64,000 nucleotides of DNA from contig JAZQKX010000013.1 in the NCBI GenBank assembly GCA_045542355.1, forward strand, positions 4,049 to 68,048, written 5' to 3'. Shown here one piece after another: positions 1 through 9,510 of the stretch. The stretch's first letter is position 1. Each line of letters starts with the position of its first letter. This stretch comes from Acutalibacteraceae bacterium (GTDB taxonomy: Bacteria > Bacillota > Clostridia > Oscillospirales > Acutalibacteraceae). The translations under genes and the position numbers were made by a program. A model generated the notes under the pieces. The model ran no database searches. It had not been told where the DNA came from and saw only the letters and a program-made list of their open reading frames with translations.

Positions 1-48
1 GATGTTGAAATCGATGGCATCACTCTTCTTGACAGAAATTACGGCTAA
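1..48 (+). CDS. 3' end of a CDS truncated by the window edge. The product cannot be determined. Its position upstream of the ABC operon is compatible with a BMP-family substrate-binding protein.
   Basis: Frame 1 is open from nt 1 (DVEIDGITLLDRNYG) to TAA at 46-48, and a strong hairpin follows. Confidence 0.3.
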   Translation, partial: DVEIDGITLLDRNYG

Positions 49-62
49 TATTTAGTTTTAAG

Positions 63-100
63 TCTGAGGCGAGGGAACTCCCTCGTCTCAGATTAATTTT
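63..100 (+). terminator. Intrinsic terminator or attenuating hairpin between the upstream CDS and the ABC ATPase gene
   Basis: TCTGAGGCGAGGG (63-75) pairs with CCCTCGTCTCAGA (80-92), giving 13 bp with one G:U. An AT/T-rich tail follows. Confidence 0.6.
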
Positions 101-167
101 GAAGAAATTGCTATGCTTTATTCTAAGTTTAACAATTTCTTGAAAATTAAATGAACGGAGGTTTATT

Positions 168-1709
168 GTGGCTAAAGAAATCGCTATAGAGCTTAAAAAT
201 ATTACTAAAAGATTCGGCAAAGTTGTTGCCAATAAAAATGTTAATCTTACTGCATATCGTGGTGAGATTTTATCTATTTTAGGTGAAAACGGAAGCGGAA
301 AGACCACCCTTATGAACATGATATCGGGAATCTATTTCCCCGATGAGGGTCAAATTTTTATAGATGGTAAAGAGGCTATGATATCTTCACCCAAGGATGC
401 TTTCGATTATAAGATAGGTATGATCCATCAGCATTTCAAATTGGTTGATGTTTTCAGCGCTACAGAAAACATAGTGCTTGGCATATCAGACGGCAAATAT
501 AATCTTAAAAAATCCAATGAGGAAATTAAAAAGATTAGCGAACAATATGGCTTTGAACTTGATCTTGATAAAAAGATATACACAATGGCTGTATCTGAAA
601 AGCAAACCGTTGAAATTATAAAGGTCCTGTATCGCGGTGCTGATATTTTAATTCTTGATGAGCCTACTGCCGTATTAACCCCGCAAGAAACAGAAAAGCT
701 GTTTAACATTCTTCGCCGTATGCGTGATGATGGTAAAGCCATTATAATCATCACCCACAAATTGCATGAGGTGCTTTCACTTTCTGATAAAGTTGCAGTC
801 CTTCGCAAAGGCGAATATGTGGGTACTGTTGAAACCGCTAAGACCAACGAATCCGAGCTCACTGAAATGATGGTTGGCAAAAAGGTTGACCTTAACATCA
901 GAAGAGATGAGCCTAAAGACGTTAAAGACAGACTTACTGTTAATAACGTTACATGTTTTGACAGATTGGGAGCCACTGTGCTTGACGATGTTTCTTTCGT
1001 AGCCAGAAGCGGTGAGATTTTGGGAATTGCAGGTATTGCGGGTTCAGGTCAGCGCGAACTTCTGGAATCCATTGCCGGTCTCCAAAATTTGAACGAGGGC
1101 GAAATTTACTATTTTGACCCCAAAACAGGTAAAAAGGAAAATCTGCGCGACAAAACACCTATGCAGATAAGAAACATGGGTGTAAGGCTATCCTTCGTAC
1201 CTGAAGACAGATTGGGTATGGGTCTTGTCGGTAACATGGATATTGTTGACAATATGATGCTTCGTAGCTATACAAAAGGTCATTCTTTATTCCTTAAGCG
1301 TAAAAAGCCCAAGGATTTAGCTATGAAGATTATTAAAGACCTTGAGGTTGTAACTCCCAGTGCTGCCACACCCGTAAGACGTCTTTCGGGAGGTAACGTT
1401 CAAAAAGTTCTCGTAGGACGTGAAATTTCTGCGTCACCAACTGTTTTAATGGTGGCTTACCCTGTCAGAGGTCTCGATATTAACTCATCATATATGATAT
1501 ATAATCTTCTTAACGAGCAGAAAGAAAAGGGCGTAGCAGTTATCTTTGTTGGCGAAGATTTGGATGTTTTGATTGAACTTTGCGATAGAATCATGGTAAT
1601 TGGCTCGGGAAGAGTAACAGGAATTGTTGATGGCAGAACAACAACTAAAGAAGAAATTGGTCTTCTTATGACAAAATCAAAGCAGGAAGGAGAGAGTGTT
1701 GATGACTAA
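168..1709 (+). CDS. ABC transporter ATP-binding protein with duplicated ATPase domains (CUT2 family; nucleoside/sugar, NupO/RnsB-like)
   Basis: 513 aa with a GTG start after GGAGG. Walker A GENGSGKTT is in the first half and GIAGSGQRE in the second, with an LSGGN signature. Two permease genes follow. Confidence 0.9.
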   Translation: MAKEIAIELKNITKRFGKVVANKNVNLTAYRGEILSILGENGSGKTTLMNMISGIYFPDEGQIFIDGKEAMISSPKDAFDYKIGMIHQHFKLVDVFSATENIVLGISDGKYNLKKSNEEIKKISEQYGFELDLDKKIYTMAVSEKQTVEIIKVLYRGADILILDEPTAVLTPQETEKLFNILRRMRDDGKAIIIITHKLHEVLSLSDKVAVLRKGEYVGTVETAKTNESELTEMMVGKKVDLNIRRDEPKDVKDRLTVNNVTCFDRLGATVLDDVSFVARSGEILGIAGIAGSGQRELLESIAGLQNLNEGEIYYFDPKTGKKENLRDKTPMQIRNMGVRLSFVPEDRLGMGLVGNMDIVDNMMLRSYTKGHSLFLKRKKPKDLAMKIIKDLEVVTPSAATPVRRLSGGNVQKVLVGREISASPTVLMVAYPVRGLDINSSYMIYNLLNEQKEKGVAVIFVGEDLDVLIELCDRIMVIGSGRVTGIVDGRTTTKEEIGLLMTKSKQEGESVDD

Positions 1710-2817
1710 AGTAACGTCGGCAAAAGCGCATCGTGAACCGTTTTTCCACGTTGTTAAGCGTGACGATTTGCCTAATTGGAAAGCTTGGCTTATTCGCATC
1801 GCAACTATAATCGTAGCTTTTTTTGTAGTTGGTTTATTTTCAATGCTCGTAACCTCTAAATCCTTCGGAGAAACATACCGCATTATGTTTGTGGGTGTGT
1901 TCGGCAGACTCTTCGAGGGTAACACCACTATGCTTTGGAAATATCTTCAGGAAATTGCGATTCTTCTTGCATTGGCATTGGCACTTACCCCTGCATTTAA
2001 AATGAAATTCTGGAACTGCGGTGCAGAGGGACAGGCGCTTATTGGTGGCCTTGCTTCAATTTTTTGTATGATTAATTTTGGCGAGAAGCTTCCATATCCT
2101 GTGCTTATTTTAGTAATTGCTGTCTCCAGCATTGTAGCGGGTGCCATTTGGGGTGTGATTCCAGCTATATTCAAAGCGTTATTTAACACTAATGAAACCT
2201 TGTTCACGCTTATGATGAATTACATCGCCACCCAAATTATTGCATATTATGTTTATATAGTAGGCGGCGGCTCAAACGTTATCAATCCTGTGTCTGCAGG
2301 TAATTTTCCCTCGGTTGGTAATAATGATTACTTCATTAACATTATGATTGTAACTGTTATCACAATAGTGATGTATATCTACCTTAAATACAGTAAGCAA
2401 GGTTACGAAATTTCGGTTGTTGGTGAAAGCCAGAATACCGCGAGATACATTGGCATAAATGTTAAAAAGGTAATTATTCGCACTATGGTTATCTCTGGCG
2501 CTTTGTGCGGTGTTACAGGTATGTTGCTCGTTGCAGGTAAAGACCATAGCATCAACATCAACAGTGTTGGCGGACAAGGCTTTACAGCAATACTTATGTC
2601 TTGGTTAGGTCAATTCAATCCTTTCATCATGGTTGTTATGACAGGCATCGTAATTTTCCTGCGTTTAGGTGTTGCTAAGGTTGCTGATACAGCACTTCTT
2701 AATTCATCATTCTCAGAAATTATGGTTGGAATAGTTATTCTTATGTTGGTTAGTTGCGAATTTTTCGTTAACTATTCAATCAAATTCCGTCACAGTAAGA
2801 AGGAGGTAAAAGCATGA
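1696..2817 (+). CDS. ABC transporter permease (CUT2/BMP-type, first permease)
   Basis: 373 aa and highly hydrophobic with multiple TM segments. It overlaps the ATPase stop, which suggests translational coupling. Confidence 0.85.
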   Translation: MLMTKVTSAKAHREPFFHVVKRDDLPNWKAWLIRIATIIVAFFVVGLFSMLVTSKSFGETYRIMFVGVFGRLFEGNTTMLWKYLQEIAILLALALALTPAFKMKFWNCGAEGQALIGGLASIFCMINFGEKLPYPVLILVIAVSSIVAGAIWGVIPAIFKALFNTNETLFTLMMNYIATQIIAYYVYIVGGGSNVINPVSAGNFPSVGNNDYFINIMIVTVITIVMYIYLKYSKQGYEISVVGESQNTARYIGINVKKVIIRTMVISGALCGVTGMLLVAGKDHSININSVGGQGFTAILMSWLGQFNPFIMVVMTGIVIFLRLGVAKVADTALLNSSFSEIMVGIVILMLVSCEFFVNYSIKFRHSKKEVKA

Positions 2818-3803
2818 TAATTCAGTTTATTTGCCGTGCAATTCTTCTTGGTGTTCCGTTGCTATACGGCTCTGTGGGTGAGATTATTACAGAAAAATCA
2901 GGACATCTTAATCTCGGTATTCCTGGTATTATGTATGTTGGTGCAATAAGCGGTGTTGTAGGCTCTTTTCTTTATGAGAACTCCTGCGGTAACGATATTG
3001 CAAATATGGTTCCATTCCTTGCAATTCTGATTCCTTTGCTCTGTGCCATTGCAGGAGCCACAATTATGGGCTTGATTTATAGCTTCCTTGCAGTTACACT
3101 CCATGCTAACCAGAATGTAACAGGCCTCGCGCTTACAACATTGGGCATCGGCTTAGGTAACTTCCTTGGAGCTTCATTAATCAATATTACAGGCAGTGAA
3201 TTGCCCTCTATTGCTCTTACCAAAACAAGCTCTTTCTTCTCTGCAAAACTACCTTTTGCTGATGATTTAGGCTGGTTTGGTCAACTTATGTTCTCCCACG
3301 ATTTTCTAACATATATTGCAATTATTATTGCTTTGATAACCTCATATGTTTTAAATCGTACCTGCGTAGGTCTTAATCTTCGCTCTGTTGGTGAAAATCC
3401 TGCAACCGCGGATGCAGCAGGTATAAATGTAACAAAATATAAATATATTGCAACCTGTGTAGGTAGCGCTATTGCAGGACTTGGAGGACTCCAGTATGTT
3501 ATGGCTTATGCTAGTGGTGTTTGGTCTAATAATGCTTTCGGCGACCGTGGTTGGATGGCTATTGCGTTGGTTATTTTCGCACTATGGAAGCCATCAATGG
3601 CAATCGTTGGTTCCTTCCTATTTGGCGCACTTTGTAATGCTAATAACTATATCCAAGGTCTTGGCACAGAAACGCAGGAGCTTTTTAAAATGCTACCTTA
3701 TGTTGTAACCATTATCGTACTTATCATTACAAGTATGCGTAAAAAGCGTGAGCATCAACCACCTCAGCATTTAGGCTTACCTTATTTCCGTGAGGAACGA
3801 TAA
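2814..3803 (+). CDS. ABC transporter permease (CUT2/BMP-type, second permease)
   Basis: 329 aa polytopic membrane protein with an ATGA overlap onto the preceding permease. Confidence 0.85.
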   Translation: MIIQFICRAILLGVPLLYGSVGEIITEKSGHLNLGIPGIMYVGAISGVVGSFLYENSCGNDIANMVPFLAILIPLLCAIAGATIMGLIYSFLAVTLHANQNVTGLALTTLGIGLGNFLGASLINITGSELPSIALTKTSSFFSAKLPFADDLGWFGQLMFSHDFLTYIAIIIALITSYVLNRTCVGLNLRSVGENPATADAAGINVTKYKYIATCVGSAIAGLGGLQYVMAYASGVWSNNAFGDRGWMAIALVIFALWKPSMAIVGSFLFGALCNANNYIQGLGTETQELFKMLPYVVTIIVLIITSMRKKREHQPPQHLGLPYFREER

Positions 3804-3828
3804 TAAAATTTTAAAAGGATGACCTTTA

Positions 3829-5217
3829 GTGAAAACTGATGTTTTAATTGTTGGAGCCGGTCCAGCCGGTATCTTTACCGCCCTTGAAATGATTAAAAAG
3901 GGCACAAATAAAAACATAGTAATTGTTGAAAAAGGCTCAGCTATTGAAAATAGACGTTGCCCAAAGCACAAAACTAAGCAGTGTGTCAACTGCAAACCCT
4001 ATTGTCATATCACAACAGGGTTTTCAGGCGCAGGAGCTTTCTCCGACGGTAAGCTTTCTCTAAGTCCCGATGTGGGTGGTGACTTACCTAAAATGGTTGG
4101 GGATGATTTAATTCAGGAAATGATTGATTATACTGATAAAATCTATCTTGAATTCGGCGCTGATGAGCATGTTGAGGGTGTCGGAAATTCCGATGAAGTC
4201 AAAAAAATCCGCAAACGAGCAATTCAGGCAGGACTCAAGCTGGTTGATTGCCCTATTAGACATTTAGGCACCGAAAAGGCTCAAGATATTTATTATGCTA
4301 TCGAGCAATATCTTTTGAATCACGGTGTAAAAATCCTCTTTGGCTATGAATGTACCAATCTTAAGCTTCAGGATAAAAAGTGTATAGGCGGATATTTTGA
4401 TAACAGCAAAGAAAAGATGGAAATCGATGCTGATCATACAATCGTTGCCACAGGTCGAAGGGGTGCTGAGTGGCTCGAACACCTCTGCACAGAGCATGAT
4501 ATAGCCCATGAGCCTGGCACTGTTGATATAGGTGTTCGTGTTGAAGTTCGTAACGAAATTATGGAAAAGGTTAATGAGGTTCTTTACGAGTCAAAACTGA
4601 TAGGTTATCCTCCGCCTTTTAAAAACAAGGTGCGTACTTTCTGCCAGAATCCAGGTGGATTTGTTAGTCAGGAGAATTATGACAACGATTTAGCAGTTGT
4701 AAACGGACATTCCTATAAGGAGCTTAAATCAGATAACACTAATTTAGCCATATTGGTTTCTCATAACTTTAACGTACCCTTTAATCAGCCTATTGAATAT
4801 GCACAAAAGGTTGGTGAGCTTTCCAATATGTTGGCGGCTGGACACATTCTTGTTCAGCGCTTCGGCGACATTCTGGACGGTAAACGCACCTGGCCTAAGG
4901 AACTGGCTCAGTCAAATCTGAAGCCCACCTTACCCGACGCAGTTGCAGGTGATATAACCGCCGCTATACCTTATAGAGCAATGGTTAATATCGTTAATTT
5001 CATCCAAGCACTCGATCATGTTGTGCCCGGCTTTGCTTCAACCGAAACTCTGCTTTATTCTCCAGAGCTTAAGTTCTATAGCAATAGGGTTAAAATGGAC
5101 GAGAATTTTAACACAAGCATCGAGGGACTTCATTGCTTGGGCGACTCCAGTGGATGGACCAGAGGTCTTATGATGGCATCTGTTATGGGTGTTATGATGG
5201 GCAGAAAGCTTATATGA
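3829..5217 (+). CDS. NAD(FAD)-utilizing dehydrogenase / FAD-dependent protein (COG2509-like)
   Basis: 462 aa with an N-terminal dinucleotide-binding motif (VLIVGAGPAGIF). Overall length and layout fit this family. Confidence 0.8.
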   Translation: MKTDVLIVGAGPAGIFTALEMIKKGTNKNIVIVEKGSAIENRRCPKHKTKQCVNCKPYCHITTGFSGAGAFSDGKLSLSPDVGGDLPKMVGDDLIQEMIDYTDKIYLEFGADEHVEGVGNSDEVKKIRKRAIQAGLKLVDCPIRHLGTEKAQDIYYAIEQYLLNHGVKILFGYECTNLKLQDKKCIGGYFDNSKEKMEIDADHTIVATGRRGAEWLEHLCTEHDIAHEPGTVDIGVRVEVRNEIMEKVNEVLYESKLIGYPPPFKNKVRTFCQNPGGFVSQENYDNDLAVVNGHSYKELKSDNTNLAILVSHNFNVPFNQPIEYAQKVGELSNMLAAGHILVQRFGDILDGKRTWPKELAQSNLKPTLPDAVAGDITAAIPYRAMVNIVNFIQALDHVVPGFASTETLLYSPELKFYSNRVKMDENFNTSIEGLHCLGDSSGWTRGLMMASVMGVMMGRKLI

Positions 5218-5233
5218 TTAACTTATTAGTTGT

Positions 5234-5256
5234 AACCACCCGTTTGACGGGTGGTT
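5234..5256 (+). terminator. Hairpin downstream of the FAD-protein gene (possible terminator; weak T-tract)
   Basis: AACCACCCG / CGGGTGGTT, 9 bp with a 5-nt loop. Confidence 0.4.
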
Positions 5257-5322
5257 ATGATTTAAATACATATATCACATAATTTAGTGTTATACAAATA
5301 TTTTGTAAAGGATGATTTTAAA

Positions 5323-6462
5323 ATGACGAAGATAGATGTTTTTTCTGGTTTTTTAGGAGCAGGTAAAACCACGTTGATCAAGAAACTCATCAAGGAGGCT
5401 TTTTCAGGTGAGAAACTTGTTTTAATTGAGAATGAATTTGGAGATATAGGTATCGACGGCGGATTCATGCAAGAAGCAGGTATTGAGGTAACCGAAATGA
5501 ATTCAGGCTGTATTTGTTGCAGTCTTGTTGGTGATTTCGGTGAGGCTTTAAAGAAAGTTCTTCGGGAATATACTCCCCATAGAATTCTCATTGAGCCCTC
5601 AGGCGTTGGTAAACTCAGTGATGTTATTAAAGCGGTTGAAGATATTAATTCACCCGATGTTACGCTTAATAGCTTTACTACAGTTGTTGATGCTAAGAAG
5701 TGCAAAATGTATATGAAAAACTTCGGCGAGTTTTTCAATAATCAGATTGAGAACGCAGGTACTGTTATATTAAGCCATACCGCTGGACTAAGTGAAGAAA
5801 AGGTCAACTCATGCATGGATTTGATTCGTAAACACAATTCAAACGCTGTGCTTGTTACAACCGATTGGGACGAGCTTACAGGTGAGCAGATTCTTTCCGC
5901 TATGGAAAGAAAAGATTCTTTAGAAAATGACATAAAGCATCTTAACGAGGAGGAGACCTGTCCTCATTGTGGACACCATCATCACCATGAGCATCGTGAA
6001 CATGGTGAGCATTGTGACTGCGGACATCCTCATGAACATCATGAGCATCATCACCAAGACGAACATTGCTGTCATGAGCACCATGAGCACCATAATCACC
6101 ACGACGAACATTGCTGTCACGAGCACCATGAACACCATCATCACCATGACGAATGTTGCTGTCACGATCATCATCACGCCGATGAGGTGTTCACAAGTTG
6201 GGGAGTTGAGACCGCTAAGACCTTCACCCTTGAGGAGATTTCCGCGGCATTGTCTGAGCTGAGCGATTCTTCAAAATATGGTACCGTTTTAAGAGCTAAA
6301 GGTATCGTTTCAGGCAGTGACTCTTGGATTCATTTCGACTATGTACCCGAAGAAGTTGATGTTAGAATGGGTTCAGCTTCGGTTATCGGAAGACTTTGTG
6401 TTATCGGCTCAGAGCTTAATGAAGAAAATTTAGCCAAGCTTTTTCATGTTGAGGTGAAATAA
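5323..6462 (+). CDS. G3E-family P-loop GTPase (CobW/YjiA/ZigA-like metallochaperone) with an extreme His/Cys-rich linker
   Basis: Walker A GFLGAGKTT, an ENEFGD switch, the CxCC motif GCICC and a CobW-type C-terminal domain are all present. The start is placed at ATG 5323 (MTKIDVF), downstream of AAGGA. Confidence 0.85.
   Translation: MTKIDVFSGFLGAGKTTLIKKLIKEAFSGEKLVLIENEFGDIGIDGGFMQEAGIEVTEMNSGCICCSLVGDFGEALKKVLREYTPHRILIEPSGVGKLSDVIKAVEDINSPDVTLNSFTTVVDAKKCKMYMKNFGEFFNNQIENAGTVILSHTAGLSEEKVNSCMDLIRKHNSNAVLVTTDWDELTGEQILSAMERKDSLENDIKHLNEEETCPHCGHHHHHEHREHGEHCDCGHPHEHHEHHHQDEHCCHEHHEHHNHHDEHCCHEHHEHHHHHDECCCHDHHHADEVFTSWGVETAKTFTLEEISAALSELSDSSKYGTVLRAKGIVSGSDSWIHFDYVPEEVDVRMGSASVIGRLCVIGSELNEENLAKLFHVEVK
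6058..6177 (+). repeat. About 2.7 tandem copies of a 45-bp (15-aa) unit encoding DEHCCHEHHEHH(N/H)HH, inside the CobW-like gene
   Basis: Units at 6058-6102 and 6103-6147 plus a partial unit at 6148-6177 are near-identical at the DNA level. Confidence 0.8.
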
Positions 6463-7403
6463 TGGACATTCCCGTATATTTATTTACAGGCTTTCTTGAT
6501 AGTGGTAAATCCACCTTTATTCAGGAAACCTTACAGGACAGCCGTTTTAATTCAGGAGAGAACACTTTGCTCCTTATTTGTGAGGAAGGGGAGGTGGAGT
6601 ATGATCCTGCTGAGTTTGCAACATCTAATGTATATTTAAAGACCGTAGATAACGAAGAAGACCTCAATGAAGCTACCCTTAAAGGTTGGCAAAAGGAATG
6701 TAAGGCTCGTAGAGTTATTGTTGAATACAACGGTATGTGGCAGTTGAAGTCTTTGTTTTCTGCCATGCCTCGGGAATGGATTATTTATCAAGAAATATGC
6801 TTTTGTGAGGCTGATAACATTATTTCATATAATCGAAATATGCGGTCACTTGTGGCTGATAAGTTTAATGCCTGTGAGTTGGTTGTTTTCAACAGATGTA
6901 GCGGTGCAACCGATTTAGAAGAGCTTCATAAAATTGTTCGTTCGGTCAGCCGTAAGGCGCAGATTGCCTATGAGTTTAAGGATGGTCATGTGGAATACGA
7001 CGAGTTCCAAGACCCATTGCCTTACGACATAAATTCCGATGAGATTTCGATTAAGGACACAGATTTTGCGATCTGGTACTATGATCTTATGGAGAACGCA
7101 TCTGCATACAACGGAAAAATTTTGGAGTTTTTAGGAATTGCCGCAAAAGACAGAAAAATGGCTAAATTGGAGTTTGCAATCGGACGACACATAATGACCT
7201 GTTGCGCCGATGATATTCAATACGGTGGCATTGTTGCAAATTGGGATAAGGCTCCCTCGGTTTCAAGCGGTCAGTGGCTCAGAGTAAAGGGCAAACTCAA
7301 AATGGAATATAATGAGATGTACGAAGGTAAAGGTCCTGTACTAAAAGTGATTGAAGCAGAGCAGACAACACCGCCCAAAGAAAAATTAGTCACTCTATAT
7401 TAA
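6462..7403 (+). CDS. Divergent G3E-like GTP-binding protein with a C-terminal CC-x-DD domain (resembles DUF1980/TIGR03943-type C-termini)
   Basis: 313 aa with a Walker A-like GFLDSGKST. It has no CxCC motif. The C-terminal motif is HIMTCCADDIQYGG. An ATG/TAA overlap (TAATG) links it to the preceding CobW gene. Confidence 0.7.
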   Translation: MDIPVYLFTGFLDSGKSTFIQETLQDSRFNSGENTLLLICEEGEVEYDPAEFATSNVYLKTVDNEEDLNEATLKGWQKECKARRVIVEYNGMWQLKSLFSAMPREWIIYQEICFCEADNIISYNRNMRSLVADKFNACELVVFNRCSGATDLEELHKIVRSVSRKAQIAYEFKDGHVEYDEFQDPLPYDINSDEISIKDTDFAIWYYDLMENASAYNGKILEFLGIAAKDRKMAKLEFAIGRHIMTCCADDIQYGGIVANWDKAPSVSSGQWLRVKGKLKMEYNEMYEGKGPVLKVIEAEQTTPPKEKLVTLY

Positions 7404-7407
7404 ATTT

Positions 7408-7438
7408 GAAACAGCAGAAATTTTCTGCTGTTTCTTTT
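7408..7438 (+). terminator. Intrinsic terminator after the CobW pair
   Basis: GAAACAGCAGAA / TTCTGCTGTTTC, 12 bp, followed by TTTT. Confidence 0.7.
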
Positions 7439-7443
7439 AACGC

Positions 7444-7471
7444 TTGACAATTTTGAAATTTGAGTTATACT
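7444..7471 (+). promoter_or_regulatory. SigmaA-type promoter of htpG
   Basis: TTGACA (7444-7449), a 16-nt spacer, then TATACT (7466-7471). Confidence 0.55.
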
Positions 7472-7475
7472 AATA

Positions 7476-7502
7476 TTAGCACTTATATATAGAGAGTGCT
7501 AA
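7476..7502 (+). promoter_or_regulatory. CIRCE operator (HrcA binding site)
   Basis: TTAGCACTT-N9-GAGTGCTAA against the consensus TTAGCACTC-N9-GAGTGCTAA. It lies immediately downstream of the -10 box. Confidence 0.8.
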
Positions 7503-7524
7503 TATTTGCATGGAGATGTTAAAA

Positions 7525-9405
7525 ATGAGAAAGAAACAGTTTAAAGCAGAGTCACAAAAATTGCTGGATATGATGATTAACTCAATATATACCCATAAGG
7601 AAATATTTTTACGCGAGTTAATTTCCAATGCAAGTGACGCTTTAGATAAGTTGTATTATCGCTCTCTTTCTGACAATACCGTTGGCTATACAAGAGAGGA
7701 TTATCAGATTCATATAGAGGTTAATAAGGACGAGCGTACCATTACCATTAGTGATAACGGTTGTGGTATGACAGAGGATGAGCTTGAGAATAATCTCGGC
7801 ACGATTGCTCGTAGTGGCTCCTTTAACTTCAAGAATGAAAATGAAAAGGCTGACGATGTAGACATAATTGGACAGTTTGGTGTTGGCTTCTATTCAGCAT
7901 TCATGGTAAGTGATAAGGTATCTGTAGTCAGCAAGGCATTTGGTAACGATAAGGCATATCTTTGGGAATCTAATGGTACTGAGGGCTACACTGTTACTGA
8001 GACCGAAAAGGATACCCACGGCACAATTATAACACTCCATATCAAAGAGAACACCGAAGAAGAAAAGTACGACGAGTTCCTTGATAGCTACCGCATAAGC
8101 GCTCTTGTCAGAAAGTATTCCGATTATATTCGCTATCCTATTGTTATGAATATGGAGACCCGTCGCAAAAAAGAAGGTAGCGAGGATGAATATGAAACCG
8201 TCCTCGAGCCCCAGACTCTTAATAGCATGGTACCTATCTGGAAGAAATCCAAGGGAGAAATCTCCGAAGAAGAATATAATAATTTCTATAAAGAAAAGTT
8301 TATGGATTTTGACAATCCGCTCCATGTGATTCATAGCAAGACCGAGGGACAGGTAACCTACGACGCTTTGGTTTATATACCCAAACACGCCCCCTACGAT
8401 TATTATTCCAAGGATTACGAAAAGGGTCTACAGCTTTATTCCAATGGTGTGCTTATAATGGATAAGTGCGGAGATTTGTTGCCTGATTATTTCAGTTTTG
8501 CAAAGGGCCTTGTCGACAGTGCTGATTTATCGCTTAATATTTCCAGAGAAATGCTGCAGCACGACTATCAGCTCAAATTAATCGCAAAGAATATTGAAAA
8601 GAAAATAACAGCTGAGCTTTCAAAAATGCTTAAGAATTCCCGCGACACCTATGAGGAGTTTTATAAGGTATTTGGTATTCAGTTGAAATATGGCATGTAT
8701 GCAAACTACGGCGCCAATAAAGACACATTAAAGGATTTATTGCTTTTCTATTCATCTAAAGAGAAAAAGTATGTCTCTCTTAAAGAATATTGTCAGTCCA
8801 TGGCTGAGGAGCAAAAGGCTATATATTATGCAAGTGGTGAAACTATAGATAAAATCGACATGCTTCCTCAGGTTGAGGCTGTAAAGGACAAGGGCTACGA
8901 AGTTCTGTATCTCACCGATAATGTTGATGAGTTTGCACTTCAGATGCTGATGAGCTATGAGGAAAAGAAGTTTTCCAATGTTTTATCCGACAATCTGGAT
9001 ATTGACACAGATGAGGAAAAGGACGAGCTAAAAAAACAAAACGAAGATGCAAAAGAGCTTTTTGAAGAAATGAAGAAAAGCATTGGCGATTCTGTTCATG
9101 GTGTTCAATTCACTAATAAACTCAAAAATCATCCAGTTTGTCTTTCTAGCGGTGGTGCCATTTCTATTGAAATGGAAAAGGTACTAAATGCTATGCCCAC
9201 CGAACAAAAGGTTAAGGCTGAGGTTGTGCTAGAAATCAACTTAAACCATCCGATTGCTTCAAAACTCAAAGAGCTTTATGTGAGCGACAAGGATAAACTT
9301 GCAGACTTCTCTAAGATTCTTTACGCACAAGCGAGACTAATTGGCGGTATGTCGATTGACAATCCTACTGAGCTTTCTAACCTCGTTTGTAATCTTATGC
9401 TGTAA
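7525..9405 (+). CDS. htpG: Molecular chaperone HtpG (Hsp90)
   Basis: N-terminal GHKL motif IFLRELISNASDALDK, with full-length Hsp90 architecture. The start is placed at the third in-frame ATG (7525), 9 nt after GGAG. Confidence 0.93.
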   Translation: MRKKQFKAESQKLLDMMINSIYTHKEIFLRELISNASDALDKLYYRSLSDNTVGYTREDYQIHIEVNKDERTITISDNGCGMTEDELENNLGTIARSGSFNFKNENEKADDVDIIGQFGVGFYSAFMVSDKVSVVSKAFGNDKAYLWESNGTEGYTVTETEKDTHGTIITLHIKENTEEEKYDEFLDSYRISALVRKYSDYIRYPIVMNMETRRKKEGSEDEYETVLEPQTLNSMVPIWKKSKGEISEEEYNNFYKEKFMDFDNPLHVIHSKTEGQVTYDALVYIPKHAPYDYYSKDYEKGLQLYSNGVLIMDKCGDLLPDYFSFAKGLVDSADLSLNISREMLQHDYQLKLIAKNIEKKITAELSKMLKNSRDTYEEFYKVFGIQLKYGMYANYGANKDTLKDLLLFYSSKEKKYVSLKEYCQSMAEEQKAIYYASGETIDKIDMLPQVEAVKDKGYEVLYLTDNVDEFALQMLMSYEEKKFSNVLSDNLDIDTDEEKDELKKQNEDAKELFEEMKKSIGDSVHGVQFTNKLKNHPVCLSSGGAISIEMEKVLNAMPTEQKVKAEVVLEINLNHPIASKLKELYVSDKDKLADFSKILYAQARLIGGMSIDNPTELSNLVCNLML

Positions 9406-9411
9406 AAACTC

Positions 9412-9440
9412 AAGACGCTTTGCATTTTGCAGAGCGTCTT
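9412..9440 (+). terminator. Hairpin terminator after htpG (no clear T-tract)
   Basis: 13-bp stem AAGACGCTTTGCA / TGCAGAGCGTCTT with one G:U and a 3-nt loop. Confidence 0.5.
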
Positions 9441-9510
9441 AATCTATGATAATTGACTTGAAATTAATGCAGATTTGCTGTATCATCAAATTAGCAATAA
9501 TAGTAGGAAA

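Noticed and set aside
5257-5322. Zur/Fur-type operator upstream of the CobW-like genes
   Set aside because: I could not find a palindrome resembling the Firmicute Zur box (TAAATCGTAATNATTACGATTTA) or a Fur box in the 66 nt before the start.
5920-6262. ORFs 5920-6177 (minus strand) and 5969-6262 (plus strand) overlapping the His-rich tract
   Set aside because: These are alternative-frame or antisense readings of CAC/CAT/GAG repeats, giving Met/Val/Ile/Thr-rich nonsense. The CobW frame is supported by flanking conserved domains.
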